DNA from: an uncultured Flavobacteriaceae bacterium
Lineage (GTDB): Bacteria > Bacteroidota > Bacteroidia > Flavobacteriales > Flavobacteriaceae
Length of the DNA stretch: 64,000 nt
Reading direction: 5' to 3'
Assembly (NCBI GenBank): GCA_963793365.1
Contig: CAWBZP010000003.1
Span: forward strand, 275,698 to 339,697
The translations under genes and the position numbers were made by a program. Each line of letters starts with the position of its first letter. The first letter of the stretch is position 1. Below the pieces are notes generated by a model. It was not told where the DNA came from. It saw only the letters and a list, made by a program, of their open reading frames with translations, and made no database searches. This document shows, piece by piece, positions 28,420 to 38,295 of the stretch.

Positions 28420-30315
28420 ATGTCTAACGTAAAAGTTCACTCCCTATTCTCCGATTTTGATATCAGCCTGTTTAAAAGTGGCAAACACTATCGCCTTTAT
28501 GATAAGTTGGGGTCGCACCTCGTTGACGTAGACGGTGTAAAGGGAACCTATTTTGCAGTTTGGGCACCCACGGCAAAATCAGTAGCGGTTATTGGCAATT
28601 TTAATGGATGGAACGTAGATGAACATCGGCTCAATGTACGGTGGGATTCCAGTGGTATCTGGGAAGGTTTCATACCTGATATAGGCAAAGGCGAAGTGTA
28701 TAAATATAAGATTCAGTCTAACAATAACGATATATGGACCGAAAAAGCAGATCCCTTTGCCCGCTATTGCGAGCAGCCTCCTAAAACGGCATCGATCGTT
28801 TGGACTGCTGATCACAAATGGAAAGATAAGGACTGGATGGGCTACAGGAAAGAAAAGAATGGCTTGGACAAACCCTATTCCGTTTACGAAGTCCATTTAG
28901 GTTCTTGGAAAAAAAAGGCAGGAAACACCTTTATGACCTACAAGGAATTTGCGGAGGACCTTGTGGCCTATGTAAAGGAAATGGGGTATACGCACGTTGA
29001 ATTTATGCCTATTATGGAATATCCCTATGATCCGTCATGGGGGTATCAATTAACCGGTTATTTTGCACCAACCTCTAGATTTGGGTCGCCCGAGGAATTT
29101 AAATTATTGGTGGATACCTTCCACCAGAACGATATTGGGGTAATCTTAGATTGGGTTCCTTCACACTTTCCGGAAGACGCCCATGGTCTTGGCTTTTTTG
29201 ACGGGTCTAACTTATATGAGCATCCAGACAGAAGAAAAGGATACCATACAGATTGGAAAAGCCTAATTTTTAATTATGGTAGAAATGAAGTGCGGGCATT
29301 TCTTATTAGCAATGCCCTGTTTTGGTTAGACCAATACCATGTGGATGGCCTAAGGGTAGACGCCGTGGCCTCTATGCTGTACTTGGATTATTCTAGGGAA
29401 GATGGGGAGTGGGAGCCAAATATTTATGGGAACAATGAAAATTTGGATGCCATTTCCTTTATCCGAGAACTCAACGAGGCGGTTTATTCCAATTTTGAAG
29501 GAGTACAAACCATTGCGGAAGAATCTACCGCATTTTCCGGTGTCTCACGATCGGTTGAATTTGGAGGATTGGGTTTTGGAATGAAATGGATGATGGGCTG
29601 GATGCACGATACCCTTCAATTTTTTCAAAAGGAATCCATTTATAGAAGGCACCACCAAAACGACCTTACTTTTAGCATGACCTATGCGTTCACGGAACAT
29701 TTTATGTTGCCTTTTTCCCATGACGAGGTCGTTTATGGCAAACAATCCCTGGTCTATAGAATGCCGGGCGATGAATGGCAGCGATTCGCAAATTTGAGAC
29801 TACTTTTTGGTTACATGTTTACGCACCCCGGTACAAAGCTCATGTTTATGGGGGGTGAGTTTGGGCAAACTTCCGAATGGAATTTTGAAGAAAGTTTGGA
29901 GTGGCATTTATTGCAATATGATGGGCATTTGGGAATACAGACATTCGTGAAGGAATTGAATCATCTGTATAAAAATTCCCCTGCTTTATATGAAAAGCAA
30001 TTTAGCCCGGCAGGATTTGAATGGATCGATTACAGTGACCATGAAAATTCCATCCTCACGTATGTGCGAAAAGGTCACGATGCGGAGAATGATTTGATTA
30101 TCGCTTGTAATTTCACACCGGTTCCCAGAGAAAATTACAGGATTGGCATGCCCAAAAAAGGAAAATTAAAGGAAATTCTGAACAGTGACGATAAAAAGTA
30201 TGGCGGGGGCGGAAACTTGAATAAAACCATTAAAACTGTGGCGACCCCTTCACATGGGCATAAAAAATCGATTGAAATTACGATTCCACCTTTGGGAATC
30301 GTAATCCTAAAATAG
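28420..30315 (+). CDS. glgB: 1,4-alpha-glucan branching enzyme
   Basis: 631 aa with GH13 motifs DWVPSHF, DGLRVDAVASM, GGEFGQ and FSHDEVV. Confidence 0.95.
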   Translation: MSNVKVHSLFSDFDISLFKSGKHYRLYDKLGSHLVDVDGVKGTYFAVWAPTAKSVAVIGNFNGWNVDEHRLNVRWDSSGIWEGFIPDIGKGEVYKYKIQSNNNDIWTEKADPFARYCEQPPKTASIVWTADHKWKDKDWMGYRKEKNGLDKPYSVYEVHLGSWKKKAGNTFMTYKEFAEDLVAYVKEMGYTHVEFMPIMEYPYDPSWGYQLTGYFAPTSRFGSPEEFKLLVDTFHQNDIGVILDWVPSHFPEDAHGLGFFDGSNLYEHPDRRKGYHTDWKSLIFNYGRNEVRAFLISNALFWLDQYHVDGLRVDAVASMLYLDYSREDGEWEPNIYGNNENLDAISFIRELNEAVYSNFEGVQTIAEESTAFSGVSRSVEFGGLGFGMKWMMGWMHDTLQFFQKESIYRRHHQNDLTFSMTYAFTEHFMLPFSHDEVVYGKQSLVYRMPGDEWQRFANLRLLFGYMFTHPGTKLMFMGGEFGQTSEWNFEESLEWHLLQYDGHLGIQTFVKELNHLYKNSPALYEKQFSPAGFEWIDYSDHENSILTYVRKGHDAENDLIIACNFTPVPRENYRIGMPKKGKLKEILNSDDKKYGGGGNLNKTIKTVATPSHGHKKSIEITIPPLGIVILK

Positions 30316-30413
30316 CATCAGGATTTATAGATATAGTGTTCAAGAGGAGTTATTTTACTTTTTTGAGTTCAGTGTTTTTAGTTTTAATTTGATGTATTAA
30401 AAAAAGCAGTTTA

Positions 30414-32813
30414 ATGATTACAAATACAGAGCTTGAATATAAGGGGAACCTTTATCCCAATCATATTGTAGAATTTACCCAGGATACGGACAAGCTTTAT
30501 TTTACGACAGATAACGGAGTGGTATTACAAGTAACCATTCTCAGGGGCAGCGTTATTCGGTTTAGATATGCTACCAACTATAATTTTCAGCCTGACTTTT
30601 CATACGCTATAGACCCAGAGGGTACCGTGGGCTACAGCAAGTTAGAAGTGGAGGAAAACGATACTGAATATGTAATCATCACCGCACGGGTAAAGGTTTT
30701 GGTCGATAAAAAGACACTACGAACACAAATCTCCGACTTGGAAGGTACAATTATCAACGAGGATGAGTTGGGCTTCCATTGGGAGGAAAATTATCAATAC
30801 GGTGGCAATACCGTAAAAATGAGCAAAATTACCCAAATCGGTGAGAGTTTTTATGGAATGGGCGATAAGGCAATGCACAGTAACCTTAAAGGCAAGAAAG
30901 TAGAAAACTGGGTAACCGATCAATTTGCTTTCTCAAAGGAACAGGACCCACTTTATAAAGCGATACCATTTTATATAGGACTTAGTAAAGGAAAAGCCTA
31001 CGGCATCTTTTTTGACAACAGTTTTAAGACCCAATTCGATTTTTCGTTCGAGCGCAGAAATACCACTAGCTTTTGGGCAGATGGTGGGGAAATGAACTAC
31101 TATTTTATTTATGGTCCGGATATGGCCCGGGTCGTAAGTTCTTATTCAAATCTAACGGGTACACCAGAACTGCCACCATTATGGGCTTTGGGCTTCCATC
31201 AATCAAAATGGAGTTATTATCCTGAAAGCAATGTTAAGGAAATTGCAAACGAATTTAGAAAACAAAGAATACCCTGTGACGCCATCTATCTTGATATTGA
31301 TTATATGGATGGTTTCAGATGCTTTACTTGGGACAAGAGTCATTTTCCCGATCCCAAAAGGATGATTGCCGAGCTGGAGGAAGATGGATTTAAGACCGTG
31401 GTAATGATTGATCCCGGTATTAAGATCGATCGCGACTATTGGGTCTATAACGAAGCATTGGAAAATGACTACTTCTGCAAACGGGGAGATGGACCCCTGA
31501 TGCACGGGAAGGTTTGGCCGGGGGAATGTAATTTTCCAGACTTTACCAATCCTGAGGTAAGGGAATGGTGGGCCGAACTTTACAAGGAATTCATGACCGA
31601 AATAGGGGTACATGCCGTATGGAACGATATGAACGAACCTGCCGTAATGGAGGTGCCATCAAAAACGGCCCCGCTGGATACGAGGCATGATTATGACGGC
31701 CACCCCTGTACGCACAGAAAGGCGCATAATGTATATGGCATGCAAATGGTGCGGGCCACCTACGAAGGTGTAAAGAAATATGTGTATCCAAAACGACCGT
31801 TCGTAATTACTAGAGCGGCTTTTGCGGGTACGCAAAGGTATGCTTCCACTTGGACTGGTGATAACGTCGCCACTTGGGAGCATTTATGGATTGCAAACGT
31901 ACAGATGCAACGCATGTGCCTTAGCGGCTATTCGTTTGTAGGATCGGATATTGGCGGATTCGCTGAGCAGCCCGATGGTGAACTCTTTGCCCGATGGATT
32001 CAATTAGGAATTTTTCACCCGTTTTGCAGGGTGCATTCCAGTGGAGATCACGGGGAGCAAGAACCTTGGTCTTTTGGGAACGAAATAACGGATATTGTTA
32101 GAAAATTTATTGAATTAAGGTACCAGCTCCTCCCTTACATCTATACCATGTTCCATAAGTATACCAAGGAAAACCAGCCTATGATACAATCACTGGTATT
32201 CTTTGATCAGGAGGATTCGCAGACCCATTTTAGGACCGATGAATTTATTTTTGGCGAAAAGATATTGGTCTGCCCTATACAGGAGCCTAACGCCCAGGGT
32301 CGCAGAATGTATATTCCACGAGGTAAATGGTATGATTTTTGGACCCATGAGTCAGTAACGGGCGGTAAGGAGAAATGGGTGGCAGCAGGTTTGGATACCT
32401 TACCCATTTTTATAAAGGAAGGAGCCATTATACCGAAGTATCCAATTCAACAATATGTAGGAGAAAAGAAGATAGAAGAGTTGCTTTTGGAGGTTTATTT
32501 TAAGGAGGGTACAGAGACTTCGGAGGTGTATGAAGACGCCAATAACGGCTACAATTATAAAAAAGGGCGGTATGCGCTCAGTAATTTTAAACTTACGGGA
32601 AAAGAAAAGTCGCTGACCATTCAATTGTTCAAGGATGGTACTTTTGAGACCGAATATGAAAAAATTAGGCTCAATTTCCACGGTCTGCCGTTTAAAATCA
32701 ATAAAGTGATGCTTGATAATGAGGAAATTTCCTCAAAAAGTCTATTGTCGAACGGAGAAAATGTTTTGCAAATAGACAAAAACTTTACGCTATTGCATAT
32801 AACAGGAAAGTGA
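30414..32813 (+). CDS. Glycoside hydrolase family 31 alpha-glucosidase
   Basis: 799 aa with the nucleophile region VWNDMNEP and the acid/base region GSDIGGF. Confidence 0.9.
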   Translation: MITNTELEYKGNLYPNHIVEFTQDTDKLYFTTDNGVVLQVTILRGSVIRFRYATNYNFQPDFSYAIDPEGTVGYSKLEVEENDTEYVIITARVKVLVDKKTLRTQISDLEGTIINEDELGFHWEENYQYGGNTVKMSKITQIGESFYGMGDKAMHSNLKGKKVENWVTDQFAFSKEQDPLYKAIPFYIGLSKGKAYGIFFDNSFKTQFDFSFERRNTTSFWADGGEMNYYFIYGPDMARVVSSYSNLTGTPELPPLWALGFHQSKWSYYPESNVKEIANEFRKQRIPCDAIYLDIDYMDGFRCFTWDKSHFPDPKRMIAELEEDGFKTVVMIDPGIKIDRDYWVYNEALENDYFCKRGDGPLMHGKVWPGECNFPDFTNPEVREWWAELYKEFMTEIGVHAVWNDMNEPAVMEVPSKTAPLDTRHDYDGHPCTHRKAHNVYGMQMVRATYEGVKKYVYPKRPFVITRAAFAGTQRYASTWTGDNVATWEHLWIANVQMQRMCLSGYSFVGSDIGGFAEQPDGELFARWIQLGIFHPFCRVHSSGDHGEQEPWSFGNEITDIVRKFIELRYQLLPYIYTMFHKYTKENQPMIQSLVFFDQEDSQTHFRTDEFIFGEKILVCPIQEPNAQGRRMYIPRGKWYDFWTHESVTGGKEKWVAAGLDTLPIFIKEGAIIPKYPIQQYVGEKKIEELLLEVYFKEGTETSEVYEDANNGYNYKKGRYALSNFKLTGKEKSLTIQLFKDGTFETEYEKIRLNFHGLPFKINKVMLDNEEISSKSLLSNGENVLQIDKNFTLLHITGK

Positions 32814-32829
32814 TAACTTTGTACTTTAG

Positions 32830-33663
32830 ATGGATAAAATCGAAAACTTGAAAATGAAAAAATTAATACTATTTTTCGCCATATTTATAGGGGTATCAGC
32901 CTGTAAGGTTAATCCATTTACGGGACAAAAAACATTGAATTTTTACCCCAATAGTCAAATTTTCCCAACCGCTTTTGCGCAATACGACCAATTTTTGAAT
33001 GAAAATAAGGTCGTTACCGGAACTTCGGAATCACAGATGATAACGAAGGTAGGGCAGCGCATTTCTGCGGCTGCGGAGCGTTGGTTGGCGGCCAATGGGT
33101 ACCCGGGTTATCTTAAGGATTACAAGTGGGAATATAATTTGGTTAAGGACGAGACCGTAAACGCTTGGTGTATGCCTGGGGGGAAAATTGTTTTTTACAC
33201 CGGTATTTTGCCTATATGCCAAGGTGAGACCGGAGTAGCTGTGGTTATGGGGCATGAAGTGGCCCATGCTCTGGCGGATCATGGTGCACAGCGTATGAGT
33301 GCTGGCACCTTGCAACAGGCGGGCGCAGTGGCTGGGAATGTTATTATCAACGATCCGGAAAAGAGAAACATTTTCAACCAAGCCTATGGTATTGGGACCC
33401 AAGTAGGGGGAATGTTGCCTTTTAGCAGAAGCCACGAAACGGAAGCGGACCGTATAGGACTGCAGATAATGGCCATTGCAGGTTATGATCCCTATGAGGC
33501 TGCGGAACTTTGGAAACGCATGAAAGCAAATAGTGGTGGAGCGGCACCGCCAGAATTTATGAGTACCCATCCCTCAAACGATACGCGTATCAACAACCTT
33601 ACGGCATGGGCACCATTGGCTGCCGAAGAGGCTGCTAAATTTGGGGTTACCAAGTTCAACTAG
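32830..33663 (+). CDS. M48 family zinc metallopeptidase (lipoprotein)
   Basis: 277 aa with HEVAHAL plus downstream ETEAD. The alternative start at 32854 (MKKLILFF...GVSACK) is equally plausible. Confidence 0.85.
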   Translation: MDKIENLKMKKLILFFAIFIGVSACKVNPFTGQKTLNFYPNSQIFPTAFAQYDQFLNENKVVTGTSESQMITKVGQRISAAAERWLAANGYPGYLKDYKWEYNLVKDETVNAWCMPGGKIVFYTGILPICQGETGVAVVMGHEVAHALADHGAQRMSAGTLQQAGAVAGNVIINDPEKRNIFNQAYGIGTQVGGMLPFSRSHETEADRIGLQIMAIAGYDPYEAAELWKRMKANSGGAAPPEFMSTHPSNDTRINNLTAWAPLAAEEAAKFGVTKFN

Positions 33664-33688
33664 AATTTAAAGGTTTATTGTATATTCG

Positions 33689-33722
33689 AGCCGTTCCGAA
33701 AGGAGCGGCTTTATTTTTTTTC
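33689..33722 (+). terminator. Rho-independent terminator after the M48 peptidase gene
   Basis: AGCCGTTCC-GAAA-GGAGCGGCT (9-bp stem with one G-U) followed by TTATTTTTTTT. Confidence 0.75.
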
Positions 33723-35054
33723 ATGGGGAAATCATTGGCTTTAAAAGGAAGTAAAAAATTATTGAATGCTTGGGCATTTTATGATTGGGCCAATTCCGTT
33801 TACAGCCTCGTGATATCCTCTGCCGTATTCCCCATATTTTATGGAGCCTTGTTTCGTGTAGCCGGCATTGAAAAAGTATCTGTGTTTGGAGGTGAAATTG
33901 CTAGGGCGCCATTAATAAGTTATACGACTTCATTGGCCTTTGTTTTTATCGCGCTTATTACGCCCTTTGTTTCAGGTGTTGCGGATTACCTGGGCAATAA
34001 GAAGATTTTCATGAAATTTTTCTGCTATTTGGGAGGCTTATCCTGCATAGGTCTGTATTGGTTTTCCCTAGAAAATATCTACGTTGGTCTGGGTTGTTAT
34101 TTTTTCGGTTTGGTAGGATTTTGGGTGAGCTTTGCTATCAATAATTCGTATTTGCCAGATGTGGCATTTCCAAAACAACAGGATTCGATTAGTGCAAAGG
34201 GTTTTTCTTTGGGCTATGTGGGCAGTGTACTACTATTACTATTTAATTTGGCCATGGTCATGCGTCCAGAGGTGTTTGGAATTGTTTCGGACGAAAGCGG
34301 TGCGGCAGAAATTGAGGCGATGAAATATTCATTTGTGACCGTAGGTATTTGGTGGATTCTTTTTGCGCAGTATAGTTTTTATTATTTGCCCGCGGGCTAT
34401 AAAAGGGAGGGCGAACGTACTAACGTCTTGCTCAACGGCTTTAAGGAGCTAAAGCTTGTATGGCACCAATTGGGCGACCAGCTTAAACTAAAAAGGTATT
34501 TAGTGGCATTTTTTGTTTATAGTATGGCCGTACAGACGGTAATGCTTATAGCCACCTACTTTGGAGAGGAAGAAATTGCTTGGGGTACGGATACTGAGCG
34601 CACCACCGGCCTAATAATTAGTATTTTGGTGATACAGATCGTAGCAATTTTTGGTGCTACCCTTACAGCAAAAGCTTCCAAAAATTTCGGAAATGTTCGA
34701 ACCCTTATAGTGGTAAATGCCTTATGGGTCGTAATCTGTATCTATGCGTATTTTCTTGACACACCAATTGATTTTTACGTAGCCGCGGGATGTGTTGGTT
34801 TGGTAATGGGGGGCATTCAAGCGCTTTCCCGGTCTACCTATTCCAAATTTTTACCGGAAACCAAGGATACCACTTCTTTTTTCAGTTTTTATGATGTAGC
34901 GGAGAAAATTGGAATCGTCATAGGAACGTTTTTTTATGGTTTTATTGCCCAATACACAGGCAGTATGCGTAGCTCCATTATATTTTTAGGACTTTTCTTT
35001 TTAGTAGGGATGTTATTGCTTGTACGGGTAAAGGAATCAAAAAAGGCCCTCTAA
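33723..35054 (+). CDS. MFS transporter, UMF1 family
   Basis: Start chosen at MGKSLALKGSKKLLNAWAFYDWANS, a UMF1-type N-terminus. There are about 12 TM helices. Confidence 0.8.
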   Translation: MGKSLALKGSKKLLNAWAFYDWANSVYSLVISSAVFPIFYGALFRVAGIEKVSVFGGEIARAPLISYTTSLAFVFIALITPFVSGVADYLGNKKIFMKFFCYLGGLSCIGLYWFSLENIYVGLGCYFFGLVGFWVSFAINNSYLPDVAFPKQQDSISAKGFSLGYVGSVLLLLFNLAMVMRPEVFGIVSDESGAAEIEAMKYSFVTVGIWWILFAQYSFYYLPAGYKREGERTNVLLNGFKELKLVWHQLGDQLKLKRYLVAFFVYSMAVQTVMLIATYFGEEEIAWGTDTERTTGLIISILVIQIVAIFGATLTAKASKNFGNVRTLIVVNALWVVICIYAYFLDTPIDFYVAAGCVGLVMGGIQALSRSTYSKFLPETKDTTSFFSFYDVAEKIGIVIGTFFYGFIAQYTGSMRSSIIFLGLFFLVGMLLLVRVKESKKAL

Positions 35055-35104
35055 ACGTTCTGCTCTTAGCGGGCCTTAGTTGGGTTTGAGTGCTTTCTTA
35101 ATGA

Positions 35105-35839
35105 TTACCCTTTGGAAATATCGCCTGATCCAGACGTTTTGGTATCAATTTTTTCAGGATTACCGCGGTAAGAAATATCTCCTGATCCAGATACTCTGGC
35201 TTTAATGGATTTATTGGCCCTTACTTGAATATCGGCACTCCCGGATACGGTAGCATTTACATGATCAGCTTCCAGGTCGTAGGCCTCAATGTCCCCACTG
35301 CCGGAAACCGTTGCTTCAAAATCTGTTGTACTACCGCTAAGCGTAATGTCTCCAGAACCGGACATACTGGCCGATAAGGAATTTGTTTCTATATCCAAGG
35401 TTATGTCGCCGGAGCCTGACATGGCAGTACTGAAATTATCGGATTTTAGCTTTGTCTTACCAACGATATCGCCAGAACCGGACATGGAGACCGTGTTTAT
35501 GGATTCTACGGGTACGGTAATTCGAATGCCCGATTTCCAATTGCTTGTTTTTAAATTAACGCCCTTTTCGGTCTTTATCACCAATTTGCCATTCTTTACT
35601 TCCGTAATAATATATTCCAATAAGTTTTCTTCGCCTTCTAGCGTTAGCGTTCCTTCACTACCGGCTACCAGGTCAACATCAAACCAACCAGAAACGGAAA
35701 CACCGTCATAATCCCCAGTATTTCTTTCAATCGTTACATTGTTACCATTCCCTTTTATGGTCTTTCCCCACTGTGCGGAACAGGATAAGGAGATAATACC
35801 GATGCATACCAATAGACTTAATTTTTTCATGTTTTTCAT
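35105..35839 (-). CDS. Head GIN-domain (DUF2807) putative adhesin-like lipoprotein
   Basis: 244 aa with lipobox SLSCSAQ and six to seven ~20-aa repeats, each starting (M/V)SGSGDI. Confidence 0.7.
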   Translation of the reverse strand: MKNMKKLSLLVCIGIISLSCSAQWGKTIKGNGNNVTIERNTGDYDGVSVSGWFDVDLVAGSEGTLTLEGEENLLEYIITEVKNGKLVIKTEKGVNLKTSNWKSGIRITVPVESINTVSMSGSGDIVGKTKLKSDNFSTAMSGSGDITLDIETNSLSASMSGSGDITLSGSTTDFEATVSGSGDIEAYDLEADHVNATVSGSADIQVRANKSIKARVSGSGDISYRGNPEKIDTKTSGSGDISKG

Positions 35840-35855
35840 TTTTAGATTGATTGAT

Positions 35856-36944
35856 TTATTTTTTTGTAAAACTTATTCCTCCATAATCACTGGTGAGGGT
35901 TACCATGTTACCGCTATCTTTTGATCCATAATAACCCTCATAGTGTTTATCGGATGATTTTTCTGTACGCACGTTTATGGTAAAGTCATCTTTGCCGCTT
36001 ACACCTGCATAACTTGTGGTAATGTCAAAATTAAAATGGTATTGTGCGTTATAGCCAATTTTGATGCCCGTGTAATCCGTTCGTATACTTACATTGCCGG
36101 CGTCCGCCGCCAATTCTTCAATCTTTACGGCTCCGTAATCTGCATTAATAGCAACATTGCCATGAACAGTGCCCATGGTAACCGTTATATAATCACCGTT
36201 ACCGTTGATATTGTTCACTTCTTTTATGTCCATATTCCCATAATCACTAGCGTAATCCAAATTTTCCATTTTTCCTATGTTCGCATTGGTGTAGTCCGCA
36301 TTGACTTTTAAGTTGCCCGCGGTATTAATGGTAAAGCCAGAATAATCTGCCCTTATTTCACCGCTATTAATATACCCAATGGTAGATTTAGAGGTATAAT
36401 CAAAATTTAACTGATTATTTCTACCGTGCAACTCACCAAGTTCTAACCTACCGTAGTCACAGCTTATTTTGGCATGACCATCAATTCTATCCAAGATAAT
36501 ACTACCGTAGTCATTGTTGAGGTCCACGTTGTTCTTGATCGGTACTTTTATGGTGTAGTTGATCTGCATGTTCACATTATTGTTATTGCCCCAGCTCCAG
36601 CCCCAGCCATTATTGTTTTTGTTGAAAATGGTCTTCGCCGATACCCTGTCGCTATTGGCTTCAAAATCTACAGAAATCTCATCCAATTTCTTTTGAACCT
36701 TTTCCTCATTATTACCATTCGTTTTTATATGTACTTCAATAACCACCCTGTTTTCTTTCCAAGAGGTAATGTTGAGGTTACCGTAAGAATTACGCACTTG
36801 CAATAAGGCATTGGGGTTAACGGTGAACTCTTTCTTAATTGTTTTCTCCTTGGTATGCTTTCCGCTAAGATCACGGTCATGGGCCGTTGAAACGGTAGTT
36901 ACTAGCAGTAGTAGTAATGTTGCCCTAAATAGTATAGTTCTCAT
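35856..36944 (-). CDS. DUF4097 family beta-strand repeat protein
   Basis: 362 aa with a signal peptide and repetitive beta-rich units with DYG/DYT motifs (NDYGSIILD, CDYGRLELG, ADYGAVKIE, SDYGGISF). Confidence 0.7.
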   Translation of the reverse strand: MRTILFRATLLLLLVTTVSTAHDRDLSGKHTKEKTIKKEFTVNPNALLQVRNSYGNLNITSWKENRVVIEVHIKTNGNNEEKVQKKLDEISVDFEANSDRVSAKTIFNKNNNGWGWSWGNNNNVNMQINYTIKVPIKNNVDLNNDYGSIILDRIDGHAKISCDYGRLELGELHGRNNQLNFDYTSKSTIGYINSGEIRADYSGFTINTAGNLKVNADYTNANIGKMENLDYASDYGNMDIKEVNNINGNGDYITVTMGTVHGNVAINADYGAVKIEELAADAGNVSIRTDYTGIKIGYNAQYHFNFDITTSYAGVSGKDDFTINVRTEKSSDKHYEGYYGSKDSGNMVTLTSDYGGISFTKK

Positions 36945-37491
36945 TATTTGTATTTTTTAAATTTTTAATCGTTTCTATTTGGATCATTACCTCATTGAGT
37001 AAATCGATCCGTGTTTGGAAATTCGTTATCATGGCGCTTAAAATAAGCTTGCTGTTGCCGCCGTTCACTAAATCCTGTTCCATTTTGGCATAGTTCAATT
37101 CCAGTTTTTTTAATTGGGCCATGGTATCGTTGATAATCTTTTCCGTTTCTGGAGTTGCCTCGGAATGTAGTTCTTTCACTTGCTCCTCTATGAGGCTGGC
37201 AAAATAAAATTCTGTCCTTGAAGCTTCCGGGGATATTTTCGCAACCTGCTCATCTACGGTATCGGGCGTGTTTAGTTGTAAGTAACCCACACTAAGCAGT
37301 AGTGCTACTACAGCTGCTACGGCACCATATTTTAGCCAGGTCTTATTTTTTCTTGGGGCCAGATTAACCACCCCTCTAGAGGCATTCAACTTGTCTAGAA
37401 AGCGCTGCTCATGGCCCTGTTCCGGCTCTTGGGTGTCAAATCCTCCCTGTAGTTGCTTAAATAGCTTTTCTATAGTATCTTCTTTCATCAA
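36925..37491 (-). CDS. Putative single-pass anti-sigma factor
   Basis: 188 aa with a central TM (YGAVAAVVALLLSVGYL). It overlaps the ECF sigma stop by 4 nt. The call rests on position and topology only. Confidence 0.5.
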   Translation of the reverse strand: MMKEDTIEKLFKQLQGGFDTQEPEQGHEQRFLDKLNASRGVVNLAPRKNKTWLKYGAVAAVVALLLSVGYLQLNTPDTVDEQVAKISPEASRTEFYFASLIEEQVKELHSEATPETEKIINDTMAQLKKLELNYAKMEQDLVNGGNSKLILSAMITNFQTRIDLLNEVMIQIETIKNLKNTNNENYTI

Positions 37492-38042
37492 TTTACATGT
37501 ATTAATTTTTGCCGTAGACTTTCTTTAGCCCTTGAAACGGTAGTTCTGCAGTTGGCATAACTAATATTCATAATCTCACTGATCTCGTCATAATCATAAC
37601 CTTCTATTAAATGTAAGGTCAAAGAAATTCTGTAATTGTCCTTTAATCCTTTCATGGTCTCCATCACTTTTTGAGCCTTTAGTTCTGTGAACACATGATC
37701 GGAGGCAATTCCATCATTATCTTCGACCTTGTATAGTACTTCATCCAATGCAACTTCATTTTTTTTACGTTGCTTTCTATAATGATAAATGCTGTTGTTG
37801 ATTACAATTCGTTTCAACCAGGATCCAAAGGTTACTTCACCCTTGAACGTATGCAATTTCGTGAAAGCGCTTAGAAACGATTCTTGCATAATGTCCTCCG
37901 CTAGTGCGGTATCCTTTACAATCCTGATTGCCGTATTGAACATGGCCCTGTAATACCTGTTGTACACTTCTAGCTGCGCACGTTGCTCACCGGCCATGCA
38001 TAACTGCAATAGCTCATCAATATGTTCTCTTTGTTGGCTCAA
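37488..38042 (-). CDS. RNA polymerase ECF-type sigma-70 factor
   Basis: 184 aa with region 2 (AEDIMQESFLSAFTKLHTF) and a region 4 HTH (YDEISEIMNISYANCRTTVSRAK). Confidence 0.88.
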   Translation of the reverse strand: MSQQREHIDELLQLCMAGEQRAQLEVYNRYYRAMFNTAIRIVKDTALAEDIMQESFLSAFTKLHTFKGEVTFGSWLKRIVINNSIYHYRKQRKKNEVALDEVLYKVEDNDGIASDHVFTELKAQKVMETMKGLKDNYRISLTLHLIEGYDYDEISEIMNISYANCRTTVSRAKESLRQKLIHVN

Positions 38043-38295
38043 AAAGTGATTGGTTTGTATAATGATGATTCAATTTACGGTTTGTTACAGTTTCAGAAAT
38101 TAAATATTATTTTTTGTAGGATGTAATACGGGTATAATATTTTGATTAAAAAGTTTGGTTGGCATAAGAATTGAAATAATAGAAAGTAAAAGAAACCGAA
38201 GTTGCTGTGAACCTTATACTTTAAAGGCCCTTACAGTGTATTTTAATAAATTTTAAAAATTAATTTCTGTACTTTAATGACAGAATGACCGATAT

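Noticed and set aside
33031-33570. Long antisense ORFs inside well-supported genes, for example 33031..33570(-), 50549..51130(-), 46490..46993(-), 35289..35711(+), 6592..7038(+), 48815..49225(-) and 42205..42525(-).
   Set aside because: Each lies entirely within, or mostly opposite, a gene with strong family motifs. Their translations are low-complexity or Ser/Leu/Pro-rich with no motifs, which is typical of shadow ORFs.
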